Origin: the human T2T-CHM13v2.0 reference genome, Homo sapiens | NCBI RefSeq assembly: GCF_009914755.1 | Contig: NC_060940.1 | Direction: 5' to 3' (one strand) | DNA: 64,000 nucleotides | Made by a program: the position numbers and the translations under genes | Shown: piece by piece, positions 38,001 to 53,605 of the stretch | Position numbering within the stretch: position 1 is the stretch's first letter | How the letters are laid out: every line of letters begins with the position of its first letter | The notes under the pieces: model-generated | What the model saw: only the letters and a program-made list of their open reading frames with translations | Database searches by the model: none | Told to the model about the DNA's origin: nothing

Positions 38001-40400
38001 CGTCCCGCATCAGGTGTACGCACTTCCACTCCTGCGGGCCCTTCCACGCTCCAACTCTGGACCCCGCGCAGTTTTAATCTGCGGTTTGGGAAATGGGGGT
38101 GCTACCGTGCAACCGCGCCCTGAAAGACCGTTTTGGTCTTAAGAGCTTTTGGCCTGTGGGGTGGACATCTGTAGAAAAAGGAAAAACAAAACAAAAGTAA
38201 CCTCCCATTGCGTCGAACCCTCCTATTCCGAAAAGAACTTTAATGAGGTTGGCTTGGCAAGGCCTGCGGTGCTTACCTCGGCTTCGCCCTACCCCGCCAG
38301 AAGCCCTCATAGGTTGTATCCACTGGTCTCCCCCAGGTGCAGGGTTATTAGGGGAAAGGGGGGCGCGCCCTCGGGCTGGATCTTTGTTTCCCTCGTCGCC
38401 CGGTCATCAAACAGGAGGGAAATCGGGCCCGACTGGGACCTTGCTGCCCGCCTTCCCCTTAAACTGGCTAAAGCTTCAGGACTGTCCCTAGACCCACCCC
38501 GCGGGTCTTCCTTTGTGTCCAGGGCATAGCCGATCTCCTTTTCGTTTTCACGAGAACTGCGACTTGGGCCTCGGGCACTAGGCGAGCCCAGGTTGTGGCC
38601 TAACAGCAGATCGCCTCGGGAGCTTGGCTGCAGCTCTGCCCGCACCTCCAGCGCTGGGCGGCCTCTCGGGGCCAGTGGGGATCTCTGGCCTCGTGTAGGC
38701 CACGGGCCCCAGCCCTGGGTCCCCAAGGCCGCTCGCCGGGCAGCGCTCGTTTCCGGCACCGGGACGAGCCCAGCGCGCTCAGACACCACTTTCCCGGTGA
38801 AATCTGCTTTTATTTGCTCCGAGCAAACCTCGGGCTCTCAGCGCTCCCGCCTGATGGATGCAAATGTAAATGTGCACTTATTTAATTGGATCAGGCCCCA
38901 AGATAAAAGAGATAAACGGCTCCCCGCTTGCTAACTTATTTTCCTAGGCATGCAGCGCCGCGTGGAGGGGAAGCTAATGAAGGAGCAGCGCGGTGCTGGG
39001 CACTCGAGCTCTCCGCAGCCGTGGCACGCTGGCCGGCCGGCCCCGCGTAGGCTGCAACTCCTTGTCGACCTGTTTTGCACTGGCCCTGCCCGCTAGATAG
39101 GGTCCCCCCGGGACCTTCTGTGCGCCAGGCTGGGAAAGTGAGAAGGCGTGGTGTTGGCATTGCGCTTGCAAATACCCCACCCTCGCCACAACTTTCTCTT
39201 TTCTCTATCTCGGTTTGTCCCCCTCCCCTTTCTTACCCAAGTCTCCACGCTTGGGTCATACTGGCTGGGCCCATTCCATAGAAAATCCTTGCTATCTTCT
39301 TTCCCAGTCATCTTCTTAATTCCCCAGGCGTCGTCTTCCACTTCAATTGGAGGTTTCAGAAAAAGACGCGAGGGCCGTGAAAAAGACCAGGTGCGACCCT
39401 CCAGCCCCCAGGGTCCTGCGGAGCCGCCCTCGAGAAGGAAGGACCCCCTCCTCTGTTCCCACAAGGCCCTCTTTTGGAGTATGAGATTTCTTTCAGAATC
39501 AGCTGGAAGACATGGATTAACCTCTTTTCTCCCAAATAATGTAGGAACACAATACACAGAGCACTTAAGTCATTGCAAGGGGTCGCGGAACCCCGAAAAC
39601 CAAACATTAGGAGAAAGGGGTGCCTGGCTCTTGCCTCCCCGGGGCGGGAGTTCGAACCTCAAGGCCAGAGCATCCTCCTTCCCTGCAAGTTTGTTTTCCA
39701 ATTTGGGGTCTTGGTTTTTCGTTCCTGCAGTTTCTCTCATGTTCAGAAGGGCTGCGGAGGAAGTCGGGATGGGCTAGGGCGAGAGACCTGATGAAACAAC
39801 CTGCCGAGAATGGGTACACAGCAGTCGGTGGTGAGGGGCGCCCTAGGCTGAGACACTGTGGGCTGGATGGCTGGACTGGCGAGGTTGGGAAGGGCTGTGT
39901 GGGAGGAGGCCAGGCCGGGCAGGGCGTCCCGGCCACGCCCCGTCCCCAACGCGCTGATGGATCGGCTTGTCAGGAGAGCTCTGTGCGCGGAGCCCATCAG
40001 AAAGCACTTACCTCGCTAAACTGAAATTACTGTCTTTTCAGGGGCTAATTTGTGTAACTCCCATGGAGGGGCTTGGAGGGGGTTTGATGAGGCATAAAAT
40101 GATGATTAATGAATTTATTGGCCGCTGCTCATCAAACAAGGACTGGAGAGTTCGCGTCTGCACCCGCGGCCTGGCGGCGGTGCTCAAAACAACTGGGGTT
40201 CAGTCTCCAGGGGCTCAGCGCCTGCTTGAGTTTCCCCAAGTGCCCGGTCCTGAGTGCTTTCCTTAGCTGCTTCCTGCTGGCGGTCTCCCCCACAACCCCA
40301 TCCTAATTCGGGGCACAGGCTCTAGCTGCCGCCATCGCCCCCTGCGAACCAGCTGTCCAGGCCTGCGGGGAGGTCGGCTGCAGGCCCATGGGGACAATGG
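35100..40400. promoter_or_regulatory. Downstream CpG-rich islands, probable regulatory domain
   Basis: CpG-rich blocks with no credible CDS, interleaved with AT-rich homeodomain/octamer motif clusters. Confidence 0.6.
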
Positions 40401-40499
40401 CTTCTCCAGGACTGAGTGTGACTGTGGCACCCGAGGCAGCCTAGAGCTGGGGGACTGGAGTTGCCTTCCCAAAATGTTATAGTTTACCGGGTTGGTACT

Positions 40500-40670
40500 T
40501 GGGCCTTCGTGGCTCAGCCCTGCCTCTGCAACTTACTAGCTATGTGTCCTTGGACAGATCCAATACCCAATCTGAGCCTCAGTGTCCTCATCTGTGAAAT
40601 GGGGCTTTACCACTCCTGGCTTTGTGAGGATTCAAGTGCACGGCACATGGCTATCCTTCAATATGGTTAT
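40500..40670. mobile_element. MIR
   Basis: tctgagcctcagtgtcctcatctgtgaaatgggg core. Confidence 0.75.
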
Positions 40671-41349
40671 TAAAGTCATGCTATTTTAAGACTTCAGTTC
40701 ACTGGAGATGCTAGCTAAGGCCTGGGAATAAACAGAGGGTGGGAGACAGAGGCTTGGGTTGTGACTTGAGGGAGAGAGAATCCTGCCTGAATGGCTGATC
40801 TTTCTCAGCACTTGCCTCCACCTTCCCAGCTTTCCTGGCTGGGGCTTGATAACTGGGACAGTGAGGGAGACTGGAAGGCAGTTCGACCAGGGAGTGACCT
40901 GCTCAGAGTTGAGCTTTCTGGAGCTGACTGGAGCTGCTACGTGGCTTGTTTACATGGCAGAATCTACTTTCAGGTTAGTCTGCTGGACAGTTCAGAACTT
41001 CTTCTTCTCATAACCCACCCTTCGTCTGCAGGCTCCTGTCTTTTGGAATCTGTCCACAAGGACCTTTTGGCTATTTCTGCTGGTTTTAATCAAGAACCTG
41101 CAACCCATGAACTTACAATTTCAACTTGGATTATTTTCTCCAATTGAATCACCTCCCCTGCCTACCTCACACCACCTCACTCTGTCCGTCCCAGATCTCC
41201 CAACAGCGGACTTCTCCCTTGCCTTCCCAGGACATCCCGTGTTCCTGCAACAGAAGACAGGAAAGACCTTGACATTGACCTCTCTAGTGGAATGCCTATC
41301 CTAGTCTCTGTGTTAGTACAGCCCCATTTAAACTCTTCCCTTCCCTTAC

Positions 41350-42560
41350 TCTAACCACTGTCAGTTAAGCACCCATAATATACCAGATGTACTGTTCTAG
41401 TCATTGGTGATGCAGCAATGAACAAAACAAAGTCCCTGCCTTCCAACACTTTAGAGAATATGACAGAAAATAAACAAATGAGTGAGATAATGACTTATTG
41501 CCATGTCCAGGTGATGAGAGTTATGAGAAAAATTTAGTAGGGTAAGGGGTTAGTGAGGGCAGTCTGGGAACCCTCTCTTAGGAAGCTCTCTTAGGTGTTT
41601 GCACAAAGACCTGAAAGAAGTTAGGGAACAGGCCATGCAGATATTTGCAGGAAGAGAGTGCCAGGCAGAAGGAAGGGCAAATGCAAGGATCCTGCAGTGG
41701 GAGCAGGGTTTGATCAGCAAGGAGATCTTTGTGGAAGGGGAAGAAGCCTAGGTAAAGCTAGGGTCAGGTTATATGGGACCTTGTAGGTCCTGGTGGGATA
41801 TTTGGGATTTATGAGAGAGGGAGAAAAGGAGGAAGTGTGGGAGGATTTTGAGGGGAGTAACAAGATCTAACTTATGGGTTTTTTGTTTTTTTCTGTTTTG
41901 TTTTTGGTGTTTTTTGTGGGTTTTTTTTTGTTTTTGTTTTTGACAGAGTCTCACTCTGTCGCCCAGGCTGGAGCGCAGTGACACGATCTCGGTCACTGCA
42001 ACCTCTGCCTCCCAGATTCAAGCGATTCTCCTGCCTCAGCCTCCTGAGAAGCTGAAACTATAGGCACATGCCACCATGCCTGGCTAATTTTTTATATTTT
42101 TAGTAGAGACAGGGTTTCACCATGTTACCCAGGTTGGTCTCCTGACCTCACGATCTGCCCGTCTCGGCCTCCCAAAGTGCTGGGATTACAGGCCTGAGCC
42201 ACTGTGCCCGGCCCAACAAGATCTAATTTATGTTTTAAATGCATCTCTAGGGTGTGAGAGCTGAAAGTCTGGTAGGACAAGAGTGCAAGTAGGAAACAGT
42301 TAGGAGGCCAATGGAGAATTCAGGGGGAGGGAATGTTGCTTTGCACCAACCTCTACTTGGTGGTACCCAGAGAGACGGGGAGAAGTGCTCAGGTTTGGGC
42401 TATATTTTGAAGGCAGAGTCAACAGGCTTTACTGATGATGGATTGTATATGGGCCAAGAGAGAAGAGCAGAGAATGCTGGATGCCTCTAAGGATTTGGGC
42501 CTGAGTCCCCAGGATAATAGGGGGTGTCATTTGCTGGTATGCCTAACATTAAGGGAGGTG
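41350..42560. mobile_element. L2 fragment interrupted by an Alu
   Basis: gaacaaaacaaagtccctgcc...tatattttgaaggcagag L2 hallmarks. Confidence 0.65.
41878..42214 (-). mobile_element. Alu
   Basis: TSD aacaagatctaa at 41859 and 42215. Confidence 0.92.
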
Positions 42561-42817
42561 CAGGGATTTTTTTTTCCCAGAAAGAGGGTAAGTAAAATAC
42601 TCATTGCCCTGACCCTCAAGCCATTGGGCCAAAAGGAGCTGCTTTTGTGGACACGTGAGGCATCTAGTGGCAAAGCACTCAAATGCCCAAGGCAGACGCA
42701 CAAGTCCAGGGAAAACTCAACAGATCCTCTCTCCTGAAACCATAGACCTTACAGTTCTTTGACCACATCTCCCATTTCTTTTCTTTTTTTCCTTTAAAAA
42801 ATAACCTATCTATCCAT

Positions 42818-42843
42818 CCTCTCTCTTTCTCTCTCTCTCTCTT

Positions 42844-42878
<35 letters not shown>

Positions 42879-43006
42879 ATTTCTCTAGTAAAGATGGGGT
42901 TTCACTATGTTGCCCAGACTGGTCTTGAACTCCTGGACTCAAGCCATCCTCCTGCCTCAGCCTCTCAAAGTGCTAGGATTCCAGGTGTGAGACACCGCAC
43001 CCTGGC
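42818..43006 (-). mobile_element. Alu monomer (FLAM-like) with (CT)n tract
   Basis: (CT)n 42818-42878 followed by a single antisense Alu arm. Confidence 0.8.
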
Positions 43007-45602
43007 CTCCCTGTTTATTTCTTTTCTCCTTACCAGTGGAGAAACTAAGACTGAGGAAATGAAAATGATTTCTCCAAGCTCATGCCGTGGGTTTAGAGAC
43101 AGGGATGGATCCAAAACCCAAGTCTCCTAACTCCTAGGCCTGCATTTTTCCCTGCCTCATCCAAACTAAGTTCTCTGGGATATCTGTATTTTAACAGAGA
43201 ACTCCTGGAAACAAAATGCTTTAACAGAGAGGAATGAATTTATAATGGCGGAATCTCAGACACCGTGACAGGCTGTCAAGGGAGATATATTTAGGCTGGG
43301 CTGGGAAACATCTTAGCCCTCCTCAGACACTGCTGGAGGATGACTGCCTCCTCAGGACTCCATGTATGAAGTACAGATGAAGAAAAAGCTTGGGATGTGT
43401 CGTCTCTCCCAGAGACTCAACAACGAGGAGGAACTGGGGCCATTTCGCCTACCAGGGAGTGTTTTCTTTCCTAAACAATTGCTGTTTGAAAGGATTTACT
43501 CATTTCTTCTGTTTGAAGTGACATCTGCCTGCCCACAATTATCCCATGTGATGCCAGCAAAAATTAATGTTCCTTTGCCCATCATTTCACAGCAACTCCT
43601 ATCAAAGACAGATTGGAGTTGGGGGCAAGGCCCCCCATCATGGGTCCTTCATGCATTTATTTTGAATTTTTTTTTTTCTGACATTTCAGCTTCACTGTTT
43701 TTTTTTCAATCCTTTACTTGACTTGGGGATTTTGTTTTGTTTTATTTTTTTTTCTGTAAATGATCGGTAGCTTTGTCCCCAAGGGAATCCACAGGCCCTT
43801 AGAAACAGCATCTCAACATCTTTCAAGCAGAGTGAGACATCTGTTATCCCTAGATTCCAAATCCCTTCACCGTTCCAGAATGTTCCAGACACCTTCCCAA
43901 CTAACATGGTTTGACATCAGACACCACATAGTTGTTTCTGAGGCTTTTTTTAAGATCCAAACCACAAGATTTTCTGTTTGTTTGTTTGTTTTGTTTGCCC
44001 TCTATTTGTATCCAGTATCTAAGTCCAAACCCTGTGTAATAGGTGTCTTTTTTTCCAAATACTCATCTATGAAAGATATTCATTGGTCGCTGAGGACCAA
44101 TTTTCCTGGATCACATAAAAGAGAAGATTAGTGGCAACGTGGGGAAAAGGGCTCATTTGGAATAAATACCACCTCTTTGCTCTCGTGAAGAGTGTGGCAG
44201 AAAAGTCATTGGCCTGGTTTATTTTGGTTGGTGGAGTTGTTTTTCTTTCTGGTTTTTTTTTCTTTTTAATTTTCCCTTTCAATCTGACTAAGGCCTGACA
44301 AGTTCTAGAGCATGTAGGAGGAGCATCTGGGGCCCCACAGGGCTGGGGACTAGAAGGAACCAGAGCCCTGTACTCCATGCTCTTCAAACTCACTCATTCC
44401 AGGGCTGGAATGAGTGCAATTTCTATTTTGATTACTATTTAGAAAATAATTTCCTTCCAATTCTTTCATGATTTGCTTATTTAGGAATATTTATAATGCT
44501 ACTGAAACTGAAACAGAAGACCCTTATAAAAAAATTAATTCAGTGAAATTATTGGCCCCATGTGTTTGAAAGTGACTAAAGTTTCTCAGGGTCTCTGATT
44601 GCTTCTAGAGGCTTCCCCTCACCCTGTTCTTTCTTCTTTGCAGGCTGCCCTCAAAGTTATGTGGGCTGCATGAGTATCTCTTCATCCCCACCTAAAATCA
44701 TGTCATGTCTTTCCAGAGATGTACTTACTACACTTTGGAAAATAGCAACTGCTTATTTTACAGATATGGAAACTGAAGTCCTGTGAGGTAAAGCAGCTTA
44801 CTCAAGATCAGTCAGCTGGTTGGGGACAGAGCCAGGGGTGTCTGCCTTCCCTTCCCCACCCTGCTCCCCCGACTTCCTCATCGGTTCCCTCTGGGAGCTC
44901 TTTCTTATCAAACCCCTTGCACTGGAATCCTCATCTCAAATGTGGTTCTAGGGTGCAGGACTCAAACGGGAGGGGCCTTGCAAACCCCTGAGATTTCAAT
45001 GCTTCTGTCCCACTGGTCCTGCAATACCTGAACCCTTTTTTCCTGTCTGTGGGTCACTCTTTGGGGGTAAAAGGCCAAGACCAACAACCAAATATGCTCT
45101 TTGACATCATAAAAATCCCTGGCCCTTCTTTTCTTCTGCAGGGACAGGAGAGGTGGCCAGAGTTTGCACCTGTGAGAAAGCACAGCGGGGTGGGGAGTTG
45201 GGGTTCTCAGGTAACGTCGCAGTGAAGGGGTAGATGTCATCTTCCATCCAGAAGTTTCTGCCCCAGGAGCCCCTCGTGTCCTCTTTCTCCAGTTACTCAC
45301 AAATGGGGTTTCTCATCCCAGTCCCCTCCTTCCTAAAGCCAACCACAGTGACATGTGGTAATTTTTGAGTGTCAACAAGTGGGGGCTTTGGGCTCCCAGC
45401 TGTAATGTCACTCAAAGGCAACGCCCACTAGCTTGTCCCTTTTCCCTTCTTTTCTCCTCGGGTTGGGGATCAGATAGGCCCTCCCCTACCTGCCCTGGAA
45501 GATCAGCCATGCCCCTCAGTGCTGCTACCGCCCACCTGGCTTAGCACCCACTCCTGCCTCTCACCCTTGCTCTAAGCCACACATCGACTAGCTGAATATA
45601 TA

Positions 45603-45956
45603 CAGGTTGGGCATCCTTAACCTGAAAATCCGAAATCCAAAATGCTCCAAATTTCAAAACTTTTTGAGTGCTGACATGATACTGGGTGAAATATTTCACA
45701 CCTGACCTCACGAGACAGGCCACAGTCAAAACATGGGTAAACAACACATGGTGTATTCAGTGTCCCCAAGGGAAAAATAAAATTATCTTCAGGATGTGTA
45801 TATAAGGTGTATATTAAATATAAGTGAATTACATGTTTAGATGTGGGTCCCCAAGATATCTAATTATATATTTTCCAATATTCCAAAATCCCCCCAAAAT
45901 GCAAAATACAAAACACTTCTGGTCTCAAGCATTTTGGATAAGGGATACTCAACCTG
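45603..45956. mobile_element. Tigger4/MER46-like DNA transposon
   Basis: TA-caggttgggcatcc ... ggatactcaacctg-TA inverted repeats. Confidence 0.82.
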
Positions 45957-46349
45957 TATCTGCAACTAGAAGGACCACATGCAACTCAATGTCAAAATGC
46001 CCCAAACTGAAGTTAAGCCCTCCCCATTCCTCCCCTTAGCCCTAGGTTCATATCAGCTTCTCCCCATGTCCTGCACCCAGTCACCCAGTGGAGGGAATGT
46101 AGAAACCTCCTGGCGCCTCTCTTTCCCTCCCTTCCATACTCTAATTGGAGCCTTTGTCCTCTGTTGCATGGACTGTCACATATCTCTGGAGTGTCTACCT
46201 GCCCTTATCAGCTTTGTACCACTTACACGAAGCCTAAAGCCTGGTGTGTCCTGAGTATTCAAGAAATGCAGATGGAAATGAAAACAAATGAATGAATCCT
46301 AAGCCAATGTATTTGAACTTTCCTATACAATTTCCCTATGAATTTTGAA

Positions 46350-47007
<658 letters not shown>

Positions 47008-47689
47008 TTATTACTTGATAAATATTGCTTCATGTTATTGAAGATGACTTCATCTGAGAATTTCTAAAATTGCGTAGTGTGTTTTCTTCAGTTCTTAACT
47101 GCTTCACATGTTTTTGCTGACCAGCAATGTTTAAGGTGTCTAGAGTTAAAAAAAAAAAAAAAAAAAAAAAAAGCTTATTTAAGAATCATGCCTCGGAACA
47201 TTATTTCATTACTTAAACTTGCTGCTGACTCATCTGTCCCTTGGTAACTGAGTCTTTCTTTACCAATAACTTTAATTACATCAATCACTCATTTCAAAAA
47301 CTGCTGAATAATGAGAACTCCTAGAGGTGACACCATGGACTTCTGTCACACAAGCAGGGACTTGTGGAAGGGGAACAGGTTTTTCTTTTCTTTTTTAATA
47401 GCATTCAGTACTTCAAACGGGGAAAATACATTCAGTCTTCATTATTTACTTTCTGTCTATCTATCTATAATTAGCAATCTTCATAGCAGGGGAAAATGAC
47501 AATTCATAACTTCTTGAACTGAATTGAATTTGTTTCATCTTCTGACATTTCTGAGTCATAAGGCCCAAGTCTCTGCCTCTGGGGTAAAATAAATGTTTGA
47601 TAATTCTAGCACCAATTCCTTTGCTAAAAGCTGCTAATTACATAGTTTATGATTTAACATATTACCTAAACAATTATCTTGTCATTAAT

Positions 47690-47865
47690 AACAATAGCTA
47701 CCTTATTAAGCTCTTAGTATATGCCAGTTATTGCATTGAAGCTTTTATGTACATGATCTCAGCAGAATCTCATCAAACCCTATAGAGTAGGTGCAATTAT
47801 TATCCCCATTTTACAGCTGAAGAAACTAAAACATTGCAAGATTAACTTGCCTAAGTAGGTGTCAG
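47690..47865. mobile_element. MIR
   Basis: attatccccattttacagctgaagaaact. Confidence 0.7.
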
Positions 47866-48314
47866 AGTAAGAGATGTGCGTAGGAATGTCTGTCTCTCTT
47901 TCTGTGCCTAGACGCAACCAGGAGAGAGCTGCTGGCTGTTCTTTGCTGCTATAGGCATTAAATGCTTTTCTGGCTATTCATGGCTCAGTTCTACTGTGAG
48001 TTGAATAAGGTACCTGCTATTTGCTGAGCTTGAAATGCTATCAGACTGCAGGGAAGCGGTACTCCTCAATGTGGTGAGAGGAGGAGGTGGATGCCTAGGC
48101 TGGGCATCTCTCAAAACCCTGCCCCGGAGCACACAGTCTTCCTTCCTCCTCTCCAAGCCCTTGTACCCTGGCTCCTGGACTGTGACATCGGACTCCCACT
48201 AGGTCTCTCTGACTCCAGACTCTCCCTGCATCTTTTCATCTGCATACTCTTCCCTTATTAGCCAGGAGACAATGGAGCTATGGAAGGTTGTGGAGCAGGA
48301 GAGTGACTAAATCA

Positions 48315-48698
<384 letters not shown>

Positions 48699-49269
48699 TC
48701 ATTCAAAGCCCTTCTTCCATCTGACCCCACTCTCCTTGTAGCCTCATGTCCCCAGACTCTTCATGGGTATCTTGTGCTGAACAGCCCCTGCCCACACATT
48801 TTCTCAGGCTCTTCCTCTGCTTCAATGCCCTTCATCCAGGTCACATGTCTAAATCCACCTGCCCTTTTGAGATTCATCTTAAGCCCTTCTAGAGGTCTTC
48901 CTCAATGGCTCTAGCCCATAGTGCTTCTGCCGAGCCAGAGGCGATGTAATTTACAGGGTCTGGGGTCAGGGTAATCTGGGTTTGCATCTCACCTCTGCTA
49001 CGTATCAGCTCTGTGACTTTGGGTAAGGGCTCAGCCTCTCAAAGCCTCAATTCCACAATAGTAAAGACGTGAATCTCTGTGTCCTGAAGCTGTTAGGATG
49101 AGTGTGGGCATTTCTGGGGAATGTCTTATGAACTCACTAATTTTAGCACTGCCTACAGAGCCAGGTATGTTCGTTGGCCACATACTGAGTGCCCAGGTAG
49201 AAGACTGGAAACAAGATGATTCCAAAATGCACACGCTCCAGTGAGATCTGGGCTGGCTGGCTACTGTGA

Positions 49270-49500
49270 TCTTTTCATGTATGTTCCTTTGAACACATAG
49301 ATCTGGCTCTGGGCTTTCCTGCTGTTTGTCCTGAGCCAGTACCATACTCTTTGTCTTACTATGGCTTTGTAATATGCTTTAATATCTGGTAGGGCAGTCC
49401 TTATATCTTGTTTTTCTTGGTCAAAACTATTTGACTTGACTATTTGGGGGCATTTATTCTTCCACACGAATTTCAAGATGAGTTTATTAAGTGTTTAAAT
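49270..49500 (-). mobile_element. Old L1 ORF2 fragment
   Basis: translation KFVWKNK...LPDIKAYYKAIV...VWYW is an L1 ORF2 motif. Confidence 0.8.
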
Positions 49501-51199
49501 CATTATATTTGTACCCTTTCTGCGCCTGACACAAAGTTTTAGCTTCAAGACTATGGGGGTGAGAATATCCAGGTGGTTCCCTGAGGACACAGGTTGAGAA
49601 AGTAATAAAGTGCGTGCCAGTGTTCTGACAGGACCTGTCTCGTGCACCCTGATGGTTCTTAGGCGAAACCGAGGACCCAGGTGCCTTGCCTTGGGTGGGT
49701 GGAGGGGAAAAAGCTCTGAGGTAGTGTGACAGAGGAGTGCATGCCCTGGTCCTGCAAGGCAGCACTCTCCTGTGCCTGCTGCTCTGGGCAGGGTGCAGAG
49801 CTGGCTGCCTGAGGACTTGGGGCTTCTAGTGCACCCATACCCAGTGAAGGAGGTTTCCTTATTTCAATCAGGTTCCCCTGAAATACCCTTGGCCCAGTCC
49901 TGACTCTTTCCTATCAAATGACAAGTACCAGGGATCCAGGTCATATGGTGACTAATAGCATGGGCCCCAGAGTCAGGCTACCTGGGTTCCTGTCCCTCTA
50001 TGATGGATCCCTCCTCCGCCTATCCGCCCAACTCACCACCACTCTCAGCAAGTGGCAGCATTGCCATCTAAAAACCCAGGAGTCAGCCAGCTTTTCTCAT
50101 TTTCTCCAAATTGTCACATCTAGTTACCAAATCTGGTGGATTCAACATCCTTGACTTTTTGCCGGAATCTCTCTTGTTCTCCATTCCCATGGCCACCGCT
50201 AATCCAGGCCATGGTCACCTCTCACTTCCTCCGTGGCCTCCCAGTACTCCAGTACTGCTCCCTGCAGCTGAAATTCCCCACCGAGGATGAGCTGCAGATG
50301 TAGTGATATGATTCCCCTGCCTAGAAGAGTCAGTGGCTCCCTATTGCCCTCATACGAGACCCAGAGACTCCTAAGTATGATGGTGCTTCAAACTTTAAGC
50401 TCTGAACCTGTAAGACAGTGTGTCATATCTGTGCTCTACCTTGCCTCTGAGGCTTTGCACACACCATTCCCTTTGCTTGGCAAGCTCTGTGTTTCCCCTT
50501 CTCCTGCTACCTTCCTGCAGTCAGCCCCTGCATAGTGAAATATCTGTACTTGAAGCCTCCCCTCCCTTAGTGTCCTGCCTCTCTCTATGCTAAACATATG
50601 AAATAAGGGATAAGCATGAGTTAAAACCTCACTTCTACCCTTGACTAATTGCGTGCTCTTGGGTACTTAATTCACCTCTGAGATTCAGTTTCTCCATCTG
50701 TTAAAATGGGGCACAATCATAACGTTAGGAGTCCATTTCAGGCAGACACTTTAAAAGTCAGGGTCTGCTTTCCTGGCTTGTAGGATTGTCATGAGAATTA
50801 AAGGAGATTGCTGCAGGCAACCTTTCTAGGCCTGTGGATTGTTGCAGGCAAACTTTCTAAACAGATGCATAAGGCTCAATCCTACCCTAAGGAGATTTCA
50901 TTGAGATCGGACTCATAGCACAATGATTAACAACTTCTTGAGAATCATTTTTTCTTTTTGTTCCCCAAGGGGACCCCAGTCTTGTTTGGGGTGGCAATGT
51001 GCCCTGCCCTAGGGGAGGAACCGATTATATTCTGTTGTAAGAATTACATTTCCCTTTTGCATGATGCTTGCTTTTCCAGTCTTCCTTGCAGCTAGGTGGT
51101 CATGTGACCAATTCCAGCCAATGAGATATAAAAAAAATCTACTAACCTTTCTGAATCTCAGTCTCTTATTTTATAAAATCAAAGTGCAGTGATGTTTAA

Positions 51200-51603
<404 letters not shown>

Positions 51604-51849
51604 TTTTTTTTCTCTTTTTAAAGCAGAAGATCCTCTTTTTTTTGTTCCAAAGAAATCTTACGTGGAATCCTAATATATAACAAACAAAGCACAATTGTTG
51701 TAATTGAAATGGAGATTGGAGACTGCAGGAGTCCCCTCCCAGCCTTTCTGGGCAGTCCCTGTAGATGTCTACAAAACAATACTTGGTAATCCTCTGGGTT
51801 GGAGAATATCTGTATTCTGTAGTGGATATATGTTATCTTGTTTAATTTT

Positions 51850-52790
51850 TGGGACACACAGATTCCATTCCTGCACCCTGAATTTCTCCTTGAGAGCCAC
51901 CATTCCATTTCCCCAGGTCCATATGTTTTTGATGAAGTTAATTCAATTTGGCTCCAGGGCTAGGCATATGATTTTGTCATGCCCAACATTTCATCCCACT
52001 GGACTCAGTGATTGGTTCAGGAATGTGCACATGACCCTATTTAGCCCAGTGAGATTAGATCTAGGATTTTTATTAAAATTTAAGAGAGGTGGAATTTTTT
52101 CCCCCCATTAAACTTGAACTCTGGGACTATGAAACCTGAAAATAAAGTCTACATGGAAGTAAACAGAGCTGAAAGATGGAAAGAGACCAGATCTCAGAGG
52201 TGTTAAGCCATTGGATTAAGATTTGCCTGAAGACAGACAGATCTGCCACTGGACCTTTGGTTTTGTGAGTCAATATATATTTTTTTAATTTAAGTAGCTG
52301 GAGTTTCACCTTCTATTATTTGCAACCTAGAGTCCAAACTAGTACGGATTCCTTCCAGATCCAGAATCCCAGGATCCTCGGGGAGGTAGATTTTGGGGCT
52401 GTTCACCAACTTTCCACTTTTTCTTCTCCTGAGCACATGGTAGGATTGCACTTCCTCACTCATTCTGAGTGGGGCATGACATATGACTATGGTGTATGAC
52501 TTTCTTTGTCAACAAAATGTGAGTAGGCGTGATATGTGTCACTTCCAGGTGGGCTCTTTAAAGTCAGTGCATGATTCACTCCACTCTTTCTTTCCCATAA
52601 TAATGTTCCAGATGTTGGAAGCTCCATCAGCCTGGGTCCCAGATTGAGGACAACGAGGAGCACAGATCTCTGCTGACCCTTGATGGATTTGTACTGTGAG
52701 CAAGAAATAAACTCTTGTTATTTTACGCCATTGAGATACTGGATCAGTTGCTAGAGTAGCATACCTCAGCCTACCCTGAATGATAAATGA
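51850..52790. mobile_element. MLT1-type MaLR LTR fragments (probably two elements)
   Basis: gtgattggttcaggaatgtgcacatgaccc; gtgagcaagaaataaactcttgtta...gctagagtagcatacctcagcctaccctga. Confidence 0.6.
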
Positions 52791-53213
52791 ATAATTCTTT
52801 ACTTCCTACTCCTTCTGTTCTTCTCCTTCTTCTCTTCCTCCTCCTCTTTTTCCTCTTCTCCTCCTTTCTCCTCCCTTTCTCCATCTCTATCTTCTTGCAG
52901 CCTTGCTCTGGCCAGCAGTCTTGTAACTCTATCTCTTAACTTACCTTCTGTCAACAGACCATTAAAAGGGTTCCATGATTGCTCTTCTCCAGCCTTCCCA
53001 GTGACATCCAAGTGGACACTGGCAGGAGATAACCAGTTTACCTCAACAAAGTCATGCTGGTGGTATCCCCACTAGTGCCAATCAATTACAGCTGTCAGTC
53101 ATTCATTCTTCCTAGTACTGGTCCCAGCAGGGGCCAACTTCCTGATCATATTGTTGGACACACAGGGCTCTGAGTTCTGGAATAAAACTTTCTCCAGAAA
53201 TTTCCATTCATTA

Positions 53214-53605
<392 letters not shown>

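Noticed and set aside
35051-40472. Many 60-209 aa ORFs downstream of IRX5
   Set aside because: Stop-poor CpG-rich DNA, mostly non-ATG starts, no splice structure or homology
50806-50859. 23-bp direct repeat with 31-bp period
   Set aside because: Only two copies; an ordinary tandem microduplication, not an array or CRISPR
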